A DNA stretch of 64,000 bases, taken from positions 19,796 to 83,795 of the forward strand of contig JBAYJM010000002.1 in the NCBI GenBank assembly GCA_041665065.1, given 5' to 3'. The notes under the pieces are model-generated. The model was not told where the DNA came from. It searched no databases and saw nothing but the letters and a program-made list of their open reading frames with translations. Numbering within the stretch: the stretch's first letter is position 1; each line of letters begins with the position of its first letter. The DNA is from Candidatus Buchananbacteria bacterium. Its GTDB lineage: Bacteria; Patescibacteriota; Patescibacteriia; 2-01-FULL-39-33. The translations under genes were made by a program, and so were the position numbers. This document shows, piece after piece, positions 10,042 through 20,000 of this stretch.

Positions 10042-10497
10042 ATGGAAACTAAAACCGGTACCATTCATCTCACCCGAGATGGAATACAAGAGCTGATTCC
10101 CCATCGGGATGACGCTCTGCTTATTGACAATGCGGCCGTAGATCCGGAAACGAACACGGCCACAAGCATCTGGACGGCAATTGGTGTGCTTGGACATTAC
10201 CCTGACATGCCACTAACTCCAGGGCACATCACAGACGAGGCATTGGCACTACTCTGTGGAGTTTTGTATAAGCAATGCCATCCCGACACTCAAGGAAAGC
10301 CAGTACTGTTCTCCAAAGAAATGCGGTACTGGCGACCGATAACGCCGGGACAAACCGTAACGCTGAATGCAAAGTATGTGGGCCTAGGCCGTGGTGGTGC
10401 GGTTCTTATATTTGACGTCAAGGCCACCATCCTGGTAAATGGGCGGGAGAAAGATGCCGTCATAGGAACAATCAGCGCCTGCATAGTATCTGCCTAG
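10042..10497 (+). CDS. Hotdog-fold dehydratase (FabZ/FabA-like)
   Basis: ELIPHRDDALLID resembles the FabZ LPHRYPFLLVD motif. The gene is GC-rich (about 55%). Confidence 0.45.
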   Translation: METKTGTIHLTRDGIQELIPHRDDALLIDNAAVDPETNTATSIWTAIGVLGHYPDMPLTPGHITDEALALLCGVLYKQCHPDTQGKPVLFSKEMRYWRPITPGQTVTLNAKYVGLGRGGAVLIFDVKATILVNGREKDAVIGTISACIVSA

Positions 10498-10576
10498 CAT
10501 TATGGCCAATTGTTATCACATTAAACAGGTCTCTCAAACGTGGAGGATTGAGGGCCTATTTTTTTTGCAAAAAAAA

Positions 10577-10594
10577 GCCGCCCCAAAGGGGCGG
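10577..10594. terminator. Bidirectional GC hairpin terminator
   Basis: GCCGCCCC-AAA-GGGGCGGC with a T8 run on one side and an A8 run on the other. Terminates the minus-strand pilin operon. Confidence 0.65.
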
Positions 10595-10610
10595 ACTTTA
10601 AAAAAATAGA

Positions 10611-11021
10611 CTAGGTAGCATTACTAATTCCCTGGCCGATTATAACATCAAATACAAATTGAGTTATGGCAAAAGCCAAGAAAATTACAATCACCGCAAT
10701 AATTCCTTGAATAATTATCGCTTTAGCCTTTTTTATCTTGGTCTCATCACCCTGGGCAAGCAACCAAAGGAAACCGGCGTAGATTATAAATAGAATAAAT
10801 ACTACAGCCAAAAATCCTAACACTACAATAATAATATTGCCAATGGTATCTATCAATGGCTTATCTCCTAAATTTCCGGTAGTGCCCAAACCAGTATTAG
10901 TGAGATTAATATTGACTTGCTCCTGAATGGTGGCAGATGTTACCATCGGCACCGCCAAGAATGCCATCAAAACCAAAGACGTGACAATGGTTTTGTAGTT
11001 TCTTAAAAAAAAGTTTTTCAT
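10611..11021 (-). CDS. VirB2/TrbC-like T4SS pilin family protein (paralog 1)
   Basis: Signal peptide plus a C-terminal two-TM hairpin with the conserved YAGFLWLLAQGDETKIKKAK loop. Confidence 0.55.
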   Translation of the reverse strand: MKNFFLRNYKTIVTSLVLMAFLAVPMVTSATIQEQVNINLTNTGLGTTGNLGDKPLIDTIGNIIIVVLGFLAVVFILFIIYAGFLWLLAQGDETKIKKAKAIIIQGIIAVIVIFLAFAITQFVFDVIIGQGISNAT

Positions 11022-11066
11022 AGTTTTTTTAATTTTTTTATTTAAATGAATTTGATTTTGATATTA

Positions 11067-11450
11067 TTATCTGCCAACCTTATTGAATAAAACACTAAAA
11101 AAGAAAAAGTAAGTAATGCCATAAGACAAGAACATTATGACAACGCCGGCAGTAGACCAAATGAGAAGATCCTTTGCCTTTTTAATCTTAGTGGTCTCGC
11201 CCTGAGCTAAGAGCCACAGCAATCCAGCATAAACCACTAAAATCAGAAAAATAATGGCAACGGCTCCCAGGATACCCATAATAATTGTTCCGGTCAAAGT
11301 AGAAAAATTACCCTCCAAGCCTATTGCTTTTCCGGTTGCTTCTAACTTTGTCCGAGGGCTTGCGGCAGAGCAAAAAGAGCCGATACTCATCATAGACATA
11401 AATAAGGCTATGGCCGAAACGTTTATTATTTTACTTACTTTGTTTTTCAT
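11067..11450 (-). CDS. VirB2/TrbC-like T4SS pilin family protein (paralog 2)
   Basis: YAGLLWLLAQGETTKIKKAK motif. Confidence 0.55.
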   Translation of the reverse strand: MKNKVSKIINVSAIALFMSMMSIGSFCSAASPRTKLEATGKAIGLEGNFSTLTGTIIMGILGAVAIIFLILVVYAGLLWLLAQGETTKIKKAKDLLIWSTAGVVIMFLSYGITYFFFFSVLFNKVGR

Positions 11451-11491
11451 GTCTTTGAAGAAGGGAGGGGAAATCCCCTCCCTATAAACTG

Positions 11492-11899
11492 TTAGAATTT
11501 AATTGAACTGCCAGTTGCATTACTTAAGTTGTTTAAAACAAACATAGCGATAGCGACAGCGGCAAAAATAATGACTAAGCCGATAATTCCTGAGTAAATT
11601 AATTTTTTAGCCTTTTCAACTTTGGTATCATCACCCTGAGCGGTCATCCATTTGAAGCCGCCAAGAAGAATGATCAAAACGGCAACGATTCCCAAAAAGC
11701 TCAAGATAATATATACAATACTTCCAATTATATTAGGCAACTCTTGATTGGTTTGTATGCCTGCAGCATTTGTGAATTCACCTGTAATATCAGATCCATT
11801 TACAAGTTGAGCACTTGCGACAACAGGCAAGGCGACCATAGCTAGAAGCGCTAAAGATATAATAAAAGCGCCGATTTTTTTGCTGGTAATTTTTTTCAT
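11492..11899 (-). CDS. VirB2/TrbC-like T4SS pilin family protein (paralog 3)
   Basis: GGFKWMTAQGDDTKVEKAK motif. A GGGAGGGG-AAAT-CCCCTCCC hairpin lies just downstream (11465-11484). Confidence 0.55.
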   Translation of the reverse strand: MKKITSKKIGAFIISLALLAMVALPVVASAQLVNGSDITGEFTNAAGIQTNQELPNIIGSIVYIILSFLGIVAVLIILLGGFKWMTAQGDDTKVEKAKKLIYSGIIGLVIIFAAVAIAMFVLNNLSNATGSSIKF

Positions 11900-11974
11900 T
11901 TCGTCACCCCCTTTCTGTATGGATTTTAATTATTTAATATAATAATTATACACTAACTTTTAAAATAGCCCAAA

Positions 11975-12310
11975 TTATTTGGCCGCAAAAGTATTAATCA
12001 TCAAGTTGACAATGGCATAGGAACTGAATATAATCAGCAATCCCATAAACGCCCAGATCATAACATTTTTCCCTTTTGTAACTTTATTTGAATCGCCAAG
12101 GGACGTGAGCCATAGAATACCACCATAGATAAAGGCAATCAAAGCCGCTACGCCAACTACGCCCAACACATACTGGATAATCCTAATTACGAGGGCATCA
12201 ATAGTACCATTCGTACCGGCACCGATTGGATTATCCAACTTAACTTGCGCTCCCACAAATGAGGGTATGGCGAAAATGATAAAATAGATTAATCGATAAT
12301 TTTTATTCAT
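11975..12310 (-). CDS. VirB2/TrbC-like T4SS pilin family protein (paralog 4)
   Basis: YGGILWLTSLGDSNKVTKGK motif. Confidence 0.55.
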   Translation of the reverse strand: MNKNYRLIYFIIFAIPSFVGAQVKLDNPIGAGTNGTIDALVIRIIQYVLGVVGVAALIAFIYGGILWLTSLGDSNKVTKGKNVMIWAFMGLLIIFSSYAIVNLMINTFAAK

Positions 12311-12327
12311 AACTTCAAATTATTTTT

Positions 12328-12990
12328 TTAATAAGGTGTTGGTAGAGTTAAATTGACATCGGCGTAGGGATCGTCAAGTTCCTCATTTAAATTTAAATCA
12401 AACGAATCACTCGTATCATACGGATCAGTGCGTGCCTCATCAAGTCCTCTATAGTACGAATCATTTTGGAATTTCTCTTTATCCGCACCAACTCTCACGT
12501 CTCCAGCACTTGGACACTTGGTCCAATCGCCATCCCCGCCGGCAAAGCTCGTTACAGTTTTGAATCCTCCATTTGTGGCTCCCACAGTTCCCGTAATGAT
12601 AGTATTAACAATTGTCCAAGCAATAAAAACAATAAATAAACCGATAAAGGCGTGTATCACCGATTGCTTGCCCATTTTCATCCTGTTTTCATTGCCCATG
12701 GCAGTTAATAAAATCACGCCTCCAAAAACAATCATTACCAAAGCAATTAACGCACTAAACTCGATTACCATATCTGAAACTTTGACAATGATGGCGACCG
12801 CGTCACAAAGCGTGCAATTGCCATTATTAATACAGGCGGCTGGCAGAACTTTTAGTAAATAATCACCACTATCGGCAGAAGCCGGAGTAGCAGCCGCAGG
12901 TGTAGCAGCAGCGGCAAAAACAAAAGAAGGCACAACCAAAACAACAGCCGAAGCGAATAAGATTATAAATGTAAGTTTTTTCAAAAACAT
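12328..12990 (-). CDS. VirB2/TrbC-like T4SS pilin family protein with acidic C-terminal extension (paralog 5)
   Basis: FGGVILLTAMGNENRMKMGK motif plus a 90-aa acidic tail. Confidence 0.5.
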   Translation of the reverse strand: MFLKKLTFIILFASAVVLVVPSFVFAAAATPAAATPASADSGDYLLKVLPAACINNGNCTLCDAVAIIVKVSDMVIEFSALIALVMIVFGGVILLTAMGNENRMKMGKQSVIHAFIGLFIVFIAWTIVNTIITGTVGATNGGFKTVTSFAGGDGDWTKCPSAGDVRVGADKEKFQNDSYYRGLDEARTDPYDTSDSFDLNLNEELDDPYADVNLTLPTPY

Positions 12991-12993
12991 ATT

Positions 12994-14415
12994 TTAGTCG
13001 GAAGCGGGATTTGGATTATTATACGTCTGCCTTATTTTTTCCAAAGCCATATTAATTGATTCCATTTGCAACTTCTCATCAATAGCATCAATAAATTGAT
13101 TCGACATAGTTTTAAAAGCGCTTTCAGCTGCCAAAGGATCATACCCCCTATACCAATTCACGGCAGTCAGTGTTTGCAATGCCGCGGCGCGTAAATCCTC
13201 ATCTTCCAACTGTGTGCTAATTAACGATCTTACAGCAGCTGGTTTTTTAGTTTTGGTTAAATATTTTGAAGCCATATCGCCCTGGCTCATAAACAGCACA
13301 AAATCCCAGGCCTCATTATTGTGCTTGGATTTTTTAGCGACGGTCTGTATCCAATAATTCGCATAATTTTTAGGGGACTCGGAATTAAGCTGGGGAATCG
13401 GCGCAATGCCCAAATTTAATTTCGGCGATCTGGCCTTGATTGTTGCAAGATTAAAATTGTAACCGAAAGTCATAGCCACCTGGCCGGACATAAAAGCTTC
13501 AAGCGAATTGGGCATTTGGGAATTCCATGAATAAACATCTTTGCCGGGTATCGCAAAATCAGTGTAAAAAGTAATCGCATCGTAGCCGGGGTTGCTTTCT
13601 TTTCCGCTGATATAAAAAACTGGGTAGCTAGATTGATTGGCGGATATGGCATTGCTCTGAAGCATGAGCAAAGAAATTATGTCAAAAGCTCTATCTATAT
13701 TATTACCCGTTCCAAGAGCTGTTCCAGCCTGGATAATTTTTGGCGTGCCACTGGCGGTTGTTCCAAGCCTGGTTATTTTTTTAACATTGTCCTGAAATTC
13801 TTTCCAAGTTGACGGCGGACTGACAATGCCAGCGTTATTTAAAATATCTTTATTATAAAAAAGAATCATCGTGTCAACACTCAAAGGCAAGCCGTAAATC
13901 TTGCCGTCCATTACCACATTATTACTAACAACTTCCGGGAAGCCGTCTTTTAACTGCCTTAAAGTTACCGTTGGACTGGTTTTAAGTTCAGTAATGGTTT
14001 CTTTTTTAAGCGCACCCTTTTCATAAACATAGGCCATGGTTATTTTGTCGGGCATCGGCTCAATCTTGCTTTTGTATTTTACCATCCAGCTGGCCGGTAT
14101 TGAATAAATATCCGGTCCCCTGTCTTCCGCCCAAGCATCCAATAATTGCTGTTCGTATTCCTCAAACCTGAACTTCCGATATTTGATTTCAATATTGGGA
14201 TGAACTGCCTGGTATGCTGCAATAATTTCATCATAGGCATCCTGATCATCATAAACGCTCCAAAAATTCAAAGTGATTGGTTGCATTTTTTCTTTGACTT
14301 GGGCGCTTTGCAATTTACAGCCGAAACCTGAGGACAAAATAAAAGCCAAAACCAAAAGCAGGTTTATTGGCGCTATGATTTTTTTGAATTTTGGATTAAG
14401 CATTGGTTCTGTCAT
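12994..14415 (-). CDS. ABC transporter substrate-binding lipoprotein (family 1, sugar-type)
   Basis: Signal peptide with an ...LSSGFGC lipobox-like Cys, then an extracellular solute-binding fold. The start is probably the second Met (14403). Confidence 0.6.
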   Translation of the reverse strand: MTEPMLNPKFKKIIAPINLLLVLAFILSSGFGCKLQSAQVKEKMQPITLNFWSVYDDQDAYDEIIAAYQAVHPNIEIKYRKFRFEEYEQQLLDAWAEDRGPDIYSIPASWMVKYKSKIEPMPDKITMAYVYEKGALKKETITELKTSPTVTLRQLKDGFPEVVSNNVVMDGKIYGLPLSVDTMILFYNKDILNNAGIVSPPSTWKEFQDNVKKITRLGTTASGTPKIIQAGTALGTGNNIDRAFDIISLLMLQSNAISANQSSYPVFYISGKESNPGYDAITFYTDFAIPGKDVYSWNSQMPNSLEAFMSGQVAMTFGYNFNLATIKARSPKLNLGIAPIPQLNSESPKNYANYWIQTVAKKSKHNNEAWDFVLFMSQGDMASKYLTKTKKPAAVRSLISTQLEDEDLRAAALQTLTAVNWYRGYDPLAAESAFKTMSNQFIDAIDEKLQMESINMALEKIRQTYNNPNPASD

Positions 14416-14530
14416 CCTGAACTTATTTGTTGTCTTTGATCCTCTTTGTCATCCCTAGCCCTCTATATTATTTGTCATCCTGGCAAATGCCAGGATCCAT
14501 TCCTCGTCATTTCAATGAATCCAGGTTCAT
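14410..14530. promoter_or_regulatory. Three direct repeats TGTCATCC (14410, 14447, 14473) plus two CCWGG-containing palindromes upstream of the SBP/pilin operon
   Basis: Seen directly. The first repeat overlaps the annotated start codon. Confidence 0.4.
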
Positions 14531-14876
14531 TATTATAAAGAATTTTTGTGAAAATATTATCCACAGATGAGTTTATTATAACACATTTATATATCAATAA
14601 GAAAAGCGTTTTGTAAAATTAAAATTTTGTATCAAGTTTTTTAAAAATAATCTTTTATAATTTATTTTAAAGTTAAATTTTGCAATAAAGACCATGGGAA
14701 AAAATTTGAATTAAAAACGATCAAATATTTTTTGCAAATCTTAACTTTATTTATTATAAATAGGTTATTTCTGGTATTTCCCCCAAATTTAGGCATTAAA
14801 ATGGTTATAAACATAAATCAATAATTTATTTTAATCTAAATTTAGCTCATATAATGGAACTTCAAGGCCACATCTA

Positions 14877-14905
14877 TTGACAAATATTATCAAGTGTGAT
14901 ATAAT
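14877..14905 (+). promoter_or_regulatory. Consensus sigma70 promoter TTGACA-17-TGaTATAAT with extended -10
   Basis: Perfect -35 (14877-14882), 17-nt spacer and perfect -10 (14900-14905). An AGAAGGAGA RBS precedes the GC-rich ORF. Confidence 0.65.
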
Positions 14906-15012
14906 AGTCTATTCAGAGTGAGCTATGACTCGCTGTGAATTTGTACTATAAATCTAGGAAAAACCCTTTGGCTAGCTCATGCTAGTTAGAAGGAGAAACT
15001 ATACACAATGGG

Positions 15013-16374
15013 ATGAGCTTTGGCCATTACGGCCATAAGCAGAGAAGGAGAAGACTGATGTCAGGTATTGCCCCGAATAGTGGCGCCCCTGAGGCGCCTG
15101 AAGTAACGAATGGCGGCACGGAGCCGCAAACGAATACGAATGAAGGCGCGCAAGTACAGCCGCCTAACGGGGGACGTCCGCCGGTGATGTTAGACGCCAA
15201 TCTAAACCCGGTCGGAAAGCTGCCGCCGCAGGATGATGAGACGACGACACAGACCGCGACCGAACGGACTCCGCCGGCTACCCAGCAACTCTGGCGTGAT
15301 TCGCCGCCGCCGATTACGAGGCCAACCTCCAGATGGACATTCTGGAAGGACAGGCCAGACGGGACGACTCGACCCAGGCAACGGCGGGACGACAACGTCA
15401 TCGTCAGTATGGACGACTATCCGGCCACCGAGCCGGCGCCGACCTCCTTGCTGGCCAAGCTCGGCATGCTTGCCATCGGTTTGGTCATCGCGCTGGGCCT
15501 GGCATGGCTCGCGATGGCGTTTTGGCCGAAAAGCAACGACGACCTCGAGACCAGATTGAAGAACATGACCAACCAGGACAAGGTCGCGGCGGTATTCCAG
15601 GGCAAAGAGCTCACCAAGCAGACCCTCGGCGACATGCTCGATGGCATCGTCCAGAACGACAAAATCGCAGCCGTCGGCATCGATAAGGATGGCAAGCCGG
15701 TCAACCTGACGAAAGAGGCCGTCGGCGACGGACTCAAGGCACTCGGGATCAACATTGCAACCGCACAAAAGCAACTGGACGAGTTGGTCCATCCCGAAAC
15801 GGGTCGGGTAACGTTGGCCGAGAATGAAATCAAAACCATCAAGGACGCGCGCGCCCTAGAAGCCACTGCGTTACAACAGGACTTCAAAACGGTACAGGAC
15901 AAGTTCGACGCCATCGACAAAAGGTTCGACAGGCTGGCAAAGAGCCAGAAAACCAAGCCAGCGCCGGCGATAACCGTCAGCAAGGTCAAGGTGGACACGC
16001 CTGCGCCGACTCCGACTCCTGCGCCGATACCCGCGCCTACTGTTCAGGCAAAGCAACTGGGACCGGTAGTCGAAGGCCTCAACGGAACGCCGACAGCGCC
16101 GGTCACCACGACCGTCGCTACGCCGGCCCCAACGGTACCCGCGGCTTACGATCCCTACGACTCGGCCAATATCGCGGCCGAGGTGAGGGTGGCCAAAAAC
16201 CATCCCAAACTCACCCCCGAAGAGGTCCAAGCAACGGTAATGGCGATGGATCCGGCTACCAAAGCCGAGATCCTCCGCGACCAAGCGGAAAGAGCCGAAG
16301 ACGCCAAACAGCGTCTCGGTAGCCAGCACCGTCGCGGACTCCTCGGGATTGGTAAGGAGAACAAAGATCGGTAA
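15013..16374 (+). CDS. GC-rich (about 62%) Pro/Thr-rich single-pass membrane protein (hypothetical)
   Basis: RRRR N-terminus, PT-rich low-complexity region, one TM helix (LLAKLGMLAIGLVIALGLAWLAMAFW), a coiled-coil-like C-terminal half and a PAPTPTPAPIPAPT linker. Confidence 0.55.
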   Translation: MSFGHYGHKQRRRRLMSGIAPNSGAPEAPEVTNGGTEPQTNTNEGAQVQPPNGGRPPVMLDANLNPVGKLPPQDDETTTQTATERTPPATQQLWRDSPPPITRPTSRWTFWKDRPDGTTRPRQRRDDNVIVSMDDYPATEPAPTSLLAKLGMLAIGLVIALGLAWLAMAFWPKSNDDLETRLKNMTNQDKVAAVFQGKELTKQTLGDMLDGIVQNDKIAAVGIDKDGKPVNLTKEAVGDGLKALGINIATAQKQLDELVHPETGRVTLAENEIKTIKDARALEATALQQDFKTVQDKFDAIDKRFDRLAKSQKTKPAPAITVSKVKVDTPAPTPTPAPIPAPTVQAKQLGPVVEGLNGTPTAPVTTTVATPAPTVPAAYDPYDSANIAAEVRVAKNHPKLTPEEVQATVMAMDPATKAEILRDQAERAEDAKQRLGSQHRRGLLGIGKENKDR

Positions 16375-16399
16375 CGACCGGTCTCTCTGAACCGCCCCC

Positions 16400-16457
16400 A
16401 CCCTCTGGGCCCTACAATCTGTAACAGGAATGTAGGGCTCAGAGGGGATTTTTTTTG
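16400..16457 (+). terminator. Strong rho-independent terminator
   Basis: 16-bp stem (ACCCTCTGGGCCCTACA / TGTAGGGCTCAGAGGG) followed by T8. Confidence 0.8.
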
Positions 16458-16525
16458 GCCAAAAACTTACATTATCAAATAAATACAATCATCGGCTAAC
16501 GCCGTTTTTTTGTTTTTATAAAATA

Positions 16526-16534
16526 TGGTATAAT
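16526..16534 (+). promoter_or_regulatory. Extended -10 promoter element TGGTATAAT
   Basis: Lies 25 nt upstream of the 16560 start codon. Confidence 0.4.
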
Positions 16535-16559
16535 AATTTCATAAATTAAACTAAAAAAT

Positions 16560-16874
16560 ATGTCTCAAGAAATGAACCATCAGGTCAAAGTATTTATTGA
16601 CATGCTTATTGAAGAAAAAAAATTCCAAAATCTCAGCCCGGAACTGCGGGAAGACATCTTTAATGATTTGTATGCCAAGTTGAATCTTTATATAGTAACC
16701 GCCCTTACAAAATATCTTGAGGAAGCTGATGTCAAAAGATTAGAAGCGATGGAGCGCACTGATGACTATTCACCTGAAAAGATCCAAAAATTATTAGCCG
16801 ACAGAATTCCTAATGCCAGCGAGATAATTGCTCAAGCCATGCTTGAATTCAGAGCTATTTATCTAAATTCTTAA
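16560..16874 (+). CDS. Hypothetical small protein
   Basis: 104 aa, acidic and helical. First gene of a run (16560, 16880, 17059) that ends with the giant gene. Confidence 0.4.
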   Translation: MSQEMNHQVKVFIDMLIEEKKFQNLSPELREDIFNDLYAKLNLYIVTALTKYLEEADVKRLEAMERTDDYSPEKIQKLLADRIPNASEIIAQAMLEFRAIYLNS

Positions 16875-16879
16875 ATATT

Positions 16880-17053
16880 ATGCCAACAAAATCCAATAAT
16901 TTGACTCGAGTAAAAACCCCCGAGCAAGTTTATGCTGATTTTCAAAAGAAACTTCAAAAAGTTATGAAGGATTTTTATGTTCAATTAGATGAGATCAAAA
17001 AAGAAATAGAGGAATATAAAATAGAATATATTTTAAAAAAAATTAAGAAATAA
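16880..17053 (+). CDS. Hypothetical small protein (57 aa, coiled-coil-like)
   Basis: ORF MPTKSNNLTRVKTPEQVYADFQKKLQK... overlapping the stop of the upstream ORF. Confidence 0.3.
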   Translation: MPTKSNNLTRVKTPEQVYADFQKKLQKVMKDFYVQLDEIKKEIEEYKIEYILKKIKK

Positions 17054-17058
17054 AATAT

Positions 17059-20000
17059 ATGGCAAGAAAAAGCGAGTCTAAGCAAAATAAAGATCTAACA
17101 ATGCAAAATTACGAGAAGGAATCTGACAAAAAAATTAGAGAAAAATTTTGGTCGTCAGATTTTCAAAAAAAAGCAATTGAAGACAGAGATGGGGCAATTT
17201 CTGAAATGAATCAAACTATCAATGAAGAAGTTACCAAAGTCGAGATGTCTGATGATCTGACTGAAGATATGAAAAAGAAACTAATTAAAAAGCTAGTTTC
17301 CCATAAAAAAGCTTTTTTACAGGATATAAATGAAATTGAATTTTCAAATAATAATGAGGATAACGATTTTTCACAAGGGACTGATTACCCCCAAGAAGAT
17401 ACCACAGACATGAATCAACCTGATGAAGACTTGGATCATTTATATAATAGAGAAAAATCCTCCGGCTATAAGGACGGTAAAAGCAAAGATAAAACGGAAA
17501 AACAAGAAAATGCCGAACTAAATTTTAAAGATTTCAGAAAAAAAATAAAACTAGTAGCTGAACAAGCTGAAAGCAAAATTAACACCAAAGAATACAAAAC
17601 ACAATTAAAGAACGATAGAGACTCAGCAATTACGGAAATTAATTTACCGTTCAATGAAATTATAGATCAAATAGAAAATTCAGATCTTGGCGAAGGAGAG
17701 AAAGAAGTTTTGCTCGAGACCATATCAGCTCACAAAAGAAGGCTTTTAAAATTAATCAATAATCTTGAAACGGAAGCTGAAAATCCAGAAACAATTTCCC
17801 CTGACCAGAATAAAGATGGCCATCCAGACGATCAAGAACGCCATCCCACCGAGATTGATCAAAAGGGAGTAGACGCTCAACGAATTGAAGAAATAACAAA
17901 ACAAATAAACGAAGAAACCGGACCCGTTTCTCCTGAAACAGCAACACAAAAAGGCAAAGAAACTGTCTATCTTATTGATATTGGTAAGGTTGTTGAAGCC
18001 ATGGCCCTAAGAGAAGCTGAAAAAAGATTAGAAGAATATAAAAATGGTAAAAAGGGAATTTTAAGAAAATTATATACCAGGATGGCAGAAAAGCAATTCC
18101 TGTCAAAATTTTATCATGAAGCTTTAATGGCCATTAGACAAAACAGAAATTTGATGGCGGAAATTGAAACGCGTATTCTGGCCAAAAGCACTGATACTGG
18201 CATAGCTGATAAGAGCAAATCCTGGGAACATATTGACAATATTATTAATCAATTTAAAGAGGATCTAGTTGAAGAAAATGAAAAGGGTACTACAATGTCT
18301 GACACTGAGGTAAATAACGAAGTATCTTTGCTTGTAAGAAGATATGCCCTTGGACTCATGAGTAGAGATGACTTTGATCGAGAAGTTGAGAAGAAGGTTG
18401 TTAAAAAAATAAAAGATAAAGGCGGACATTTTTCCGATGACCACTCTTTTGAGGCGCAAGGCGAATCAACATATGTCAGCAATCTTGCTTCCATGGCTGA
18501 AAAGTACAAGACAGACAATGAAAAAATTATAAAGGAATTAACGGAAAAGTACGGCGAGGATCAAAAAGAAAACATCGCCAGATTATTGCCGTTTGAGATG
18601 GATTTTCAAATTCAACTAGGTACCAAACAAAAAGACTTAGTAGAAACAAAACCGCAAGGCGTATTAAAATGGTATGAGAGATTTGTTGATTGGACACAAA
18701 ATCCAAACCTTGGCTTAGATTCTAATGATCCAAGATATAGCAAAAAAAGAGCCTTACTGAGCACTGTATTAGCTAATCCCCTAACTTATGCTCTTATTCC
18801 GGTAGGAATAGCTGCGGGAGCATCTTTGTTTTCCAAAAGGACAGCAAAATATGCTCTTGCCGGAGGAATAGGGATTGCGACGGGCGGAGGCGCTTTGGCT
18901 GCAGTTGGCGCTGCAGGTATTCTTGGTGGAGCTTACGCAGCTTTTAGAAGATCAAAGCATGATCAAGATGATAGAGGCATGGACTTAAGGCGAAGGGCAC
19001 TGGGAGCTGAATCTGGCGGAAAGAAAACAGACATAATAAGGGAGTTTGCATATAGCTTAATGAATATTGAAGATACCATAGAAGAGCTTGATTCATTGGA
19101 TTTGACAAGTCCAACAGAAGTCCAAAGAGCAAAAGAAATACTACAAAATTTTTATGCTAGGAAAGAGTTAAGCAATGATCCAAAAGAAGACAAACAATTT
19201 AAAGTTGATCTTTTCAGTATCAGCGGAGAAGAAGGCGCAAACAGAAAAAGCAATATAGCGCAGATGACCGCCCTGAAAAGAAAAGTTAAACAGATCGAAA
19301 CCGCTTTGGGCGTTAAACGGTCAGATTTCGATGCGGATATTGATAGCATTAAATCCACACTTAGAACCGAAATTCAAAAAAAGGATAAAGAGTTTGATTC
19401 TTTCAGAAAAAAACAGATGTGGAAAGCGGGACTTATGGGTGGCGCCATGGGTCTAGTATTTGGCGAAATCGGATTGGAATCAGTCAATGGTATAAAACAC
19501 TTAATGGGAACCGAACACGCTTCAACAACGCCTGTCGAATATTTGCTTGGACTGGTAGCCAGACACCATGAAGCACCTGCTCCTAGTCTAGTTGACATGA
19601 GCATTCCAGGTGGAAAGATCAGAGTGCCCGAAAATATGCCTGAAAATGTAAAATCGATTTTGCCTCGCCTCTTTGATGCAGAGGGGCATTTAACCTCTGA
19701 TGGAGAAGGGATATTGCGCGGCGAGGGCTTTGATTTAAATACGGTTGGAGGCGGACCTGGCGTGGCACACGAAGTGGCTCCTTCAGAATATTTTAAGGGC
19801 TTAGATTATGGCAAACATCTGAGAGAAGATTGGCATGATGAAGCTGGCAAAAAATTCAGCTCAATATTTGGAAAAGCAATCCAATTCGAGGGCAAACAAC
19901 AAATGCTTCACTTGGGCCATGACCAGGCAGGCGGAGCTTTTATGGACGTCGCTGGTGTATTAAAAAATCTTGGCAAAAACTTAGACGGCGCCTTTGAAAA

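Noticed and set aside
15019-15031. Exact SfiI-A / SMART-adaptor 13-mer GGCCATTACGGCC at the 5' end of the GC-rich ORF, with AAGCAG 3 nt downstream.
   Set aside because: It arises from a GH-Y-GH codon repeat (ggc cat tac ggc cat). The rest of the SMART oligo (…TGGTATCAACGCAGAGT) is absent, so I treat it as coincidence rather than vector or adaptor contamination. It is still worth a read-level check, given that the block is compositionally foreign.
15027-16488. Multiple long antisense or alternative-frame ORFs (15027..15401, 15202..15792, 15417..15998, 15871..16488 and others).
   Set aside because: These are typical stop-codon-poor shadow ORFs in GC-rich DNA. The sense frame, with promoter, RBS and terminator, is the coherent gene.
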